Below are positions 58,090 through 64,000 of a stretch of DNA of 64,000 nucleotides, piece after piece. The notes beneath the pieces are model-generated. The model was not told the DNA's origin, did no database searches, and worked only from the letters and a program-made list of their open reading frames with translations. The DNA is from an uncultured delta proteobacterium (GTDB lineage Bacteria > Desulfobacterota > Binatia > UBA9968). The DNA lies in the NCBI GenBank assembly GCA_963737905.1, contig CAVTUQ010000004.1:142270-206269 (forward strand), in the 5' to 3' direction. Position numbers and translations under genes: made by a program. The first letter of the stretch is position 1. The number at the start of each line of letters is the position of its first letter.

Positions 58090-58475
58090 CGGTGGTTGTT
58101 TCTGTGATTGTTCAAACCCCGGACCATTCGAAAGGCAAACATGTCGGCCTTGTTTTCGGCATCCGCCCAAAAAACATAATGGCCCATCTCATGATAAACG
58201 GTGTTAATCCACTTTCGCTCTGAGTTATATTTTCTGCCTTTTTTCCAGTTCTCCGGATGAACCAGATAGATTTGGCCGTTTTCATAGGTCTTACCGGCGG
58301 TTCTCCCCCAATCGATGTACTCGTACCACTCTACCAGCGGATTCTTCAGATGATAGAATCGACAAAGCGAAGCTATAGCCTTTTTGAAACTTTGAGGCTT
58401 GTATTCCCGGAAAAAAGACGAAAGCAGGCGGTCTACCACGCGGCGTTCTTTCAAAGATGGCAGTATCATACGCAT
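58086..58475 (-). CDS. Small basic zincin-like (HExxH) hypothetical protein
   Basis: TVYHEMGH followed by AENKADMFA (IrrE/ImmA-like E..AD.FA). Confidence 0.65.
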   Translation of the reverse strand: MRMILPSLKERRVVDRLLSSFFREYKPQSFKKAIASLCRFYHLKNPLVEWYEYIDWGRTAGKTYENGQIYLVHPENWKKGRKYNSERKWINTVYHEMGHYVFWADAENKADMFAFRMVRGLNNHRNNHR

Positions 58476-58730
58476 AGTATTTTTTCCTAGCCACGGCGCT
58501 CATTATTTTTAGCATAGAAAAGCGGTAATAAAAACCCGGCAGGAAAGAGGCGAGATCGACTGTTATATTGTAAGTGGTTGATTTATCGCCCATTTTTAAC
58601 CACTGGATGTTTCCCGAAGCTAAACTGTGTGCCACAAATCCGGCCTTGCGACGGAGACAAAAGTATCGTAGATTGACGTACTTTGTGAGCCAACGCTGTT
58701 CTCTCGAACCGCGACTCCAGCCAAAGCCCA

Positions 58731-59687
58731 ATGATTCAATCGTGGAGTGAGAGCGCCGCCCGTATCGGTGCTTGGGTAGGTTTTAACGCGGGTTGCCTTG
58801 CCGCGAGGATTTTTCCGCGCCACTGGCTTTATCGCTTCGCTGATACGCTGGCTGATATCGGCTTTTATCTTTTCCGCGGCTTTCGCACGAGGTCAATAAG
58901 AAATGTTGGCTTTGCACTCGGTGGGAAACTGACTGGAGTTCAGATTGAAGAGATCGTTCGCAAATCGCTGCAGAATTTTTTTCGCGACTTTGTTGAGATC
59001 GCGATCGCACTGGTCATACCGTCCGAGGAGCTGCGCTCAGAAATTCCCATCGAGGGCTGCGAAAATCTCGACGCGGCTCTTTTAAAAAGACAAGGCGTTA
59101 TTGTATTAGGCGCGCACTTAGGAAACTTTTTCCTTACAGGGACGCGATTGGCCATTGAAAACTATCCTACTCATGTCTTGGTCAACCAGCCAAGAAATGG
59201 GCGGTTTGCCAGATTCATGGACGAGTATCGGCTGAAAGTCCGACAGCAAACGATTCATGCCAGGCCCCGCCGTGAGGCCTTGCGCGAGCTTGGGCAAGTA
59301 CTGCGACGCAATCAGCTTGCTGTCGTCATTGCTGATGAATATCGTAGAAACAATGGAATTCATGTGCCTTTTTTTGGCCGCACCGTGTTGGCTCGACGGG
59401 GACCCGCGACGTTGGCGCTGCGTACCGATGCTGCCGTTGTACCGGTCTACCTGATCCGTGACGAGAGCCGGAGTCTAAAGATGATCGTCGAGCCTGAACT
59501 TGAACTGATCAGAACCGATAGAGACAAAGCCGCAATACGCGAAAATACGCTGCGCATGACGCAATGGCTGGAACGGACCGTGCGAGCCTATCCAGAGCAA
59601 TGGAACTGGATGAACATTCATTGGCAAGAAGACAACGATAGCACACCTGTCGTCAAAGAGCAGCGAGTTCAACGCCTTACTTCTTAG
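58731..59687 (+). CDS. LpxL/HtrB-family lipid acyltransferase
   Basis: GVIVLGAHLGN, VPFFG and YPEQWNW motifs. Confidence 0.85.
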   Translation: MIQSWSESAARIGAWVGFNAGCLAARIFPRHWLYRFADTLADIGFYLFRGFRTRSIRNVGFALGGKLTGVQIEEIVRKSLQNFFRDFVEIAIALVIPSEELRSEIPIEGCENLDAALLKRQGVIVLGAHLGNFFLTGTRLAIENYPTHVLVNQPRNGRFARFMDEYRLKVRQQTIHARPRREALRELGQVLRRNQLAVVIADEYRRNNGIHVPFFGRTVLARRGPATLALRTDAAVVPVYLIRDESRSLKMIVEPELELIRTDRDKAAIRENTLRMTQWLERTVRAYPEQWNWMNIHWQEDNDSTPVVKEQRVQRLTS

Positions 59688-59705
59688 TTAAGAAAGGGGA
59701 CTAAA

Positions 59706-60452
59706 GTGGCAAGCAGCAAGAAGGAACTTGATGAACTTAGAAGGAAAGTCGCCTTGGGTAACCGCATCATGTTCCACCAAGGCTTAGCAGACTATCACGG
59801 GCATGTGAGCGCGCGTATTCCGGGAACCAAGCAGTTTTTTATCAAGCCTGTCCTTGCGCCGCTGGGATCGATTACCGCCAAAGATATCATCAAGGTGGAC
59901 ATCGATGAGTACAAACAGGTCTGCGAGCAAAACTGGGCCAAGGCCGGCAACAAGCGAGAAGTTACCCGAGTCAAAGCGCCACCGCGAGAAACGATGATCC
60001 ATGCTGCAATCTATGAAGCTCGACCGGATGTAAACTCGGTGGTTCACACACATCAGCCTTTAGCGACCGCATTTTCCGTTGCCGGCACGCCGATATTGCC
60101 TATTTATAACCAAGCTGCCGTATTCGCGCCTGAGACACCGATCTTTCCTAGTCCCAGACTCATCTACACGCTTCAAGATGGCAAGGAAATCTGCCAAACG
60201 TTGGGCGACCGCATGGCGATGTTACTCAAGGGACATGGTATTGTTGTATGCGGCGATAGCTTGGAATATGCTGCGGTCCACGCTATCTATTTGGAACGGA
60301 CGGCCTACATGCAGTGGGTGGCGAGTTCAGTGGGTACGCCCGCGATCATGCCTCAGGCGGACATCGATTACATGAAAGAGAACATGACGTATCGCTCCTA
60401 CGACGCCTTTGCGTACTTCAGGTCGCTGTTGCCCAAAGGCGGTCAACTATAA
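59706..60452 (+). CDS. Class II aldolase/adducin family protein
   Basis: GHVSAR, ETMIHAAIYEARPDVNSVVHTH and LLKGHG motifs. Confidence 0.9.
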   Translation: MASSKKELDELRRKVALGNRIMFHQGLADYHGHVSARIPGTKQFFIKPVLAPLGSITAKDIIKVDIDEYKQVCEQNWAKAGNKREVTRVKAPPRETMIHAAIYEARPDVNSVVHTHQPLATAFSVAGTPILPIYNQAAVFAPETPIFPSPRLIYTLQDGKEICQTLGDRMAMLLKGHGIVVCGDSLEYAAVHAIYLERTAYMQWVASSVGTPAIMPQADIDYMKENMTYRSYDAFAYFRSLLPKGGQL

Positions 60453-60494
60453 AAATTCAAATTCCCGACACTGCACAATTTGGAGGCTATACCG

Positions 60495-62099
60495 ATGGCT
60501 AAACGAGAAGCGAGAGTAACGGAATCCACAGGCAAAAGACCGATTCAAGACCTGCGTGAGTGGCTCGCGCGTGTTGAAGAGATGGGCGATCTTATCCGGG
60601 TAAAACAACCCGTAAGCTGTGACGAAGAGATGAGCGCGATTGGTTATCTCATCGCAAAACAAAACCCGTCGCCGGCAATTTTGTTTGAAACAGTCAAAGG
60701 CTATGAAAAAAGCCCCTTCAAGGCTCGACTTCTATGGAACATCCTCGGTCCGAGCATCCCGCGGATTGCGCTCACACTTGAAGAGCCGGCGGAAACGCCC
60801 ACTCTCGAACTCATCCGTCGTGTCAAAGACAAGTTCAGAAACCGGATGGCGCCGCGCGAAGTAACGTCCTCCCAAGCGGGCTTTTTTGCCAATAGCGTCA
60901 CCGGCGACAAAATCGACTTAAATCAGTTGCCGATCCCGAAACATTGGCCTTTGGATGGTGGCCGCTATGCTGGAACGGCTGATGTAGTCATTACGCGGGA
61001 CCCAGACAGCGGCTACCTGAACGTCGGTACTTACCGCATGATGCTTCAGGGTAAGAAGGAGGTCGGTCTCTACTTGTCACCCGGAAAAGACGCTCGCTTG
61101 CACATTACCCGTTCCTGGCAAATGGGAAAGCCCGTTGAGGTGGCTGCAGCTTGGGGCATCGATCCGCTGTTTATGCTCATCGGCTCCCAAACCTTTCCGA
61201 AAAATGTGTCCGAATATGAATATTTGAGCGGTGTCAAAGGCGAACCCATTCCGGTCGTCAAAGGGAAGACCACGAATCTGTTACTGCCGGCAAACGCGGA
61301 GTTTGTCATTGAAGGGGTTATCAAGCCAAATTCCGTGAGGAAGGAAGGACCCTTCGGAGAGTTTCCCGGTTATTACGGCCGGCCCGAAGCCGGCTGCCCG
61401 CTGGTTGAAGTGACGGCAGTTCATTATCGCAACAACCCCATCCTAACGAATGCACTGATGGCGGATTACCCGTCCTGTGAACAGAGCGGCTTTTTTTCTG
61501 TCATTCGTTCTGCCCGTATCTGGGATGATCTAGACAAGCTAGGTGTTCCCGGAGTCCAGGGAGTCTATGCCCATCCCGCCGGCGCTGGCGGTTTCGGCAT
61601 GACAGTCATCAGCTTGGAGCAACGTTATGCCGGCCATGCGGCGCAGGCATTGGCTCTTGCTGCCCAGGTACCAGGGGGTGCCTACTACACGAAATGGATC
61701 ATTGCCGTCGATGAGGACGTCGACCCTACGGATATGGATCAAGTCATTTGGGCCATGAGCAGCCGATGCAACCCTATCGACGATATCGACATCCTGCGCA
61801 ACACCTGGAGTACCTGGCTCGACCCGACACAGAACCCGCCGGAGAAGCGGCCTTACGGTTCAAAGGCACTGATTAACGCCTGCAAAGAGCATCGTTATCT
61901 GCCCGTGTTCTCCAAACGGACTGCCTTACGCAGGGAAATTTACGAGAAGGTAGCCGCTGAATGGAAAAAACTCGGCCTACCGGGACAAATTCCAACCGTG
62001 AGGGCATTCGAAGAGGAAACGAAAGTCGTCTACCACGAAGTGGGCGGCTTCGAGCCAGGAAAGCAGCCCGGTGAAGAAACGTCAGAGAAGAAAAAGTAG
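60495..62099 (+). CDS. UbiD-family prFMN-dependent (de)carboxylase
   Basis: DLREWL, DGGRYAGT, NVGTYR, EGPFGEFPGY and AVDEDVDP motifs. Confidence 0.9.
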   Translation: MAKREARVTESTGKRPIQDLREWLARVEEMGDLIRVKQPVSCDEEMSAIGYLIAKQNPSPAILFETVKGYEKSPFKARLLWNILGPSIPRIALTLEEPAETPTLELIRRVKDKFRNRMAPREVTSSQAGFFANSVTGDKIDLNQLPIPKHWPLDGGRYAGTADVVITRDPDSGYLNVGTYRMMLQGKKEVGLYLSPGKDARLHITRSWQMGKPVEVAAAWGIDPLFMLIGSQTFPKNVSEYEYLSGVKGEPIPVVKGKTTNLLLPANAEFVIEGVIKPNSVRKEGPFGEFPGYYGRPEAGCPLVEVTAVHYRNNPILTNALMADYPSCEQSGFFSVIRSARIWDDLDKLGVPGVQGVYAHPAGAGGFGMTVISLEQRYAGHAAQALALAAQVPGGAYYTKWIIAVDEDVDPTDMDQVIWAMSSRCNPIDDIDILRNTWSTWLDPTQNPPEKRPYGSKALINACKEHRYLPVFSKRTALRREIYEKVAAEWKKLGLPGQIPTVRAFEEETKVVYHEVGGFEPGKQPGEETSEKKK

Positions 62100-62225
62100 C
62101 AACGGCTTCAACTTGAATTTTGCGCGGTGAGACTAACGGAAGACGGCATCGGCAATTCTATTCCCCGATTGAGCTTTCTTCGCGATTGACCTGAACCCAT
62201 CCCGTGTAGTCCAGGTCGACAAACC

Positions 62226-62591
<366 letters not shown>

Positions 62592-62616
62592 TCACTCGCC
62601 TAAACCCATACAGTGT

Positions 62617-64000
62617 TTAGATATCGAAGTACAGGGCGAATTCATGGGGATGGGGTCTGAGCCGGATGGCATCGACCTCTTTTTTGCGCTTGTAGTCAAG
62701 CCAGGTCTCAATCACGTCCTTGGTAAACACATCCCCTCGAAGCAAAAAGTCGTGATCCTTCTCCAACGCATCGAGCGCTTGATCCAAGGACCCTGGCATG
62801 GACTTCACCTTGGCTGCTTCCTCCGGCTCCAACTCATATAAGTCCTTATCAATAGGCTTGGGTGGCTCGATCTTGTTTCGAACCCCATCCAGCCCCGCCA
62901 TCAGCATGGCCGGAAAGGCAAAATAGGGGTTGCAGCTAGGATCGGGGGTCCTAAACTCGAGCCGCTTGGCCTTCTCGTTGGTTGAATACATGGGGATTCG
63001 AACACAGGCGCTTCGGTTTCGGGCCGAGTACACCAGATTGATCGGCGCCTCGTAGCCGGGAACCAGCCTTCGGTAGGAGTTGGTCGTTGGCGCGATAAAG
63101 CCGCACAGCGCATGGGCATGCTTGATTAAGCCCCCAATATAATACCGCGCCATGTCGCTGATCAGCCCATAGCCCTTCTTATCGTAAAACAGGTTCTTGC
63201 CACCCTTCCACAGGCTCTGATGGGTGTGCATGCCGGAGCCGTTGTCTTGAAATAAGGGCTTGGGCATTACGGTGACCACTTTGCCGCGCTTTCGAGCGGT
63301 GTTCTTGACCACGTACTTGTACAGCAGGACCTGGTCGGCCATCTTAGTCAAGGTCGTGTATCTCATGTCAATCTCGGTCTGCCCGGCGGTGCCCACTTCG
63401 TGATGATGCACTTCAATCTTGATTCCGCACTTCTCTAGATTCTTGACCATCTCGGAGCGTAAATCCTGGTATTGGTCCATGGGCGGCACGGGGAAGTAAC
63501 CTTCTTTGTAGCGGATCTTGTAGCCCAGATTCTGCTTGTCGTTGTTCCCTGAGTTCCAAAAGCCTTCTTCAGAGTCAATGTAGTAGTAACCGTGATTCTG
63601 CGCTTGATCAAAACGGATGTTGTCGAAGATGAAAAACTCGATCTCGGGCCCCCAGTAACTTATGTCGGCGACCCCACTCGATTTTAAGTACTTCTCGGCC
63701 TTTTGCGCTACGTATCTGGGATCTCGGCTGTAGGATTCCCGCGTGACCGCGTCGATGACGTTACACACCAAGCTCAAGGTCGGATGTTCGGTGAACGGGT
63801 CCATCATGGCGCTGTCGGGGTCGGGGATGAGGAGCATGTCGGACTCGTTGATCGACTGAAATCCCCGTATGCTGGAGCCGTCGAAGCCAATCCCATCTTC
63901 AAATAAGTCCGCCGTCAACTCTGTCGCCGGAATCGAAAAGTGCTGCCATAACCCCGGCACGTCGACAAATTTGAAATCCACAATCTCTACTTTGTTCTTC
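62617..64000 (-). CDS. glnA: Type I glutamine synthetase (5' end beyond the window)
   Basis: [31 protein letters not shown] and the adenylylation-site DLY. Confidence 0.96.
   Translation of the reverse strand, partial: KNKVEIVDFKFVDVPGLWQHFSIPATELTADLFEDGIGFDGSSIRGFQSINESDMLLIPDPDSAMMDPFTEHPTLSLVCNVIDAVTRESYSRDPRYVAQKAEKYLKSSGVADISYWGPEIEFFIFDNIRFDQAQNHGYYYIDSEEGFWNSGNNDKQNLGYKIRYKEGYFPVPPMDQYQDLRSEMVKNLEKCGIKIEVHHHEVGTAGQTEIDMRYTTLTKMADQVLLYKYVVKNTARKRGKVVTVMPKPLFQDNGSGMHTHQSLWKGGKNLFYDKKGYGLISDMARYYIGGLIKHAHALCGFIAPTTNSYRRLVPGYEAPINLVYSARNRSACVRIPMYSTNEKAKRLEFRTPDPSCNPYFAFPAMLMAGLDGVRNKIEPPKPIDKDLYELEPEEAAKVKSMPGSLDQALDALEKDHDFLLRGDVFTKDVIETWLDYKRKKEVDAIRLRPHPHEFALYFDI

Overview
A 64 kb bacterial chromosomal window of roughly 55% GC (estimated by eye). 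Gene content and intergenic repeat style suggest a soil or sediment 'Deltaproteobacteria'/Binatota-like MAG, which is an inference only. The assembly has many single-base indels. From left to right: (1) the 5' end of tkt and a GH15 gene; (2) a minus-strand organoarsenic/arsenosugar-type operon (ArsM-like methyltransferase, ArsS-type radical SAM, PiT transporter, DedA-flavoprotein reductase fusion, DUF547, two glycosyltransferase-like genes), divergent from an ECF sigma/zinc anti-sigma pair, with matching GGAAC-N17-CGTT promoters on both strands; (3) moaA and a sigma54 two-component system surrounded by three sigma54 promoters in front of envelope genes; (4) a fused otsAB; (5) a lower-GC islet with a HipA-like kinase/HIRAN pair and decayed defence-gene relics; (6) a MetE-II-family gene whose zinc-ligand Cys codon is an in-frame TGA followed by a SECIS-like hairpin, a candidate selenoprotein and the top finding; (7) a ~19 kb co-directional catabolic cluster (ABC importers, AprAB-like pair, creatininase, TPP-dependent dehydrogenase complex, M24 hydrolase) punctuated by inverted heptamer-repeat arrays; (8) a degraded liv ABC operon; (9) lspA and a type-2 ileS with a GXHH motif, an LpxL-like acyltransferase, a second UbiD, glnB and glnA. 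No rRNA, tRNA, CRISPR array or transposase was seen.
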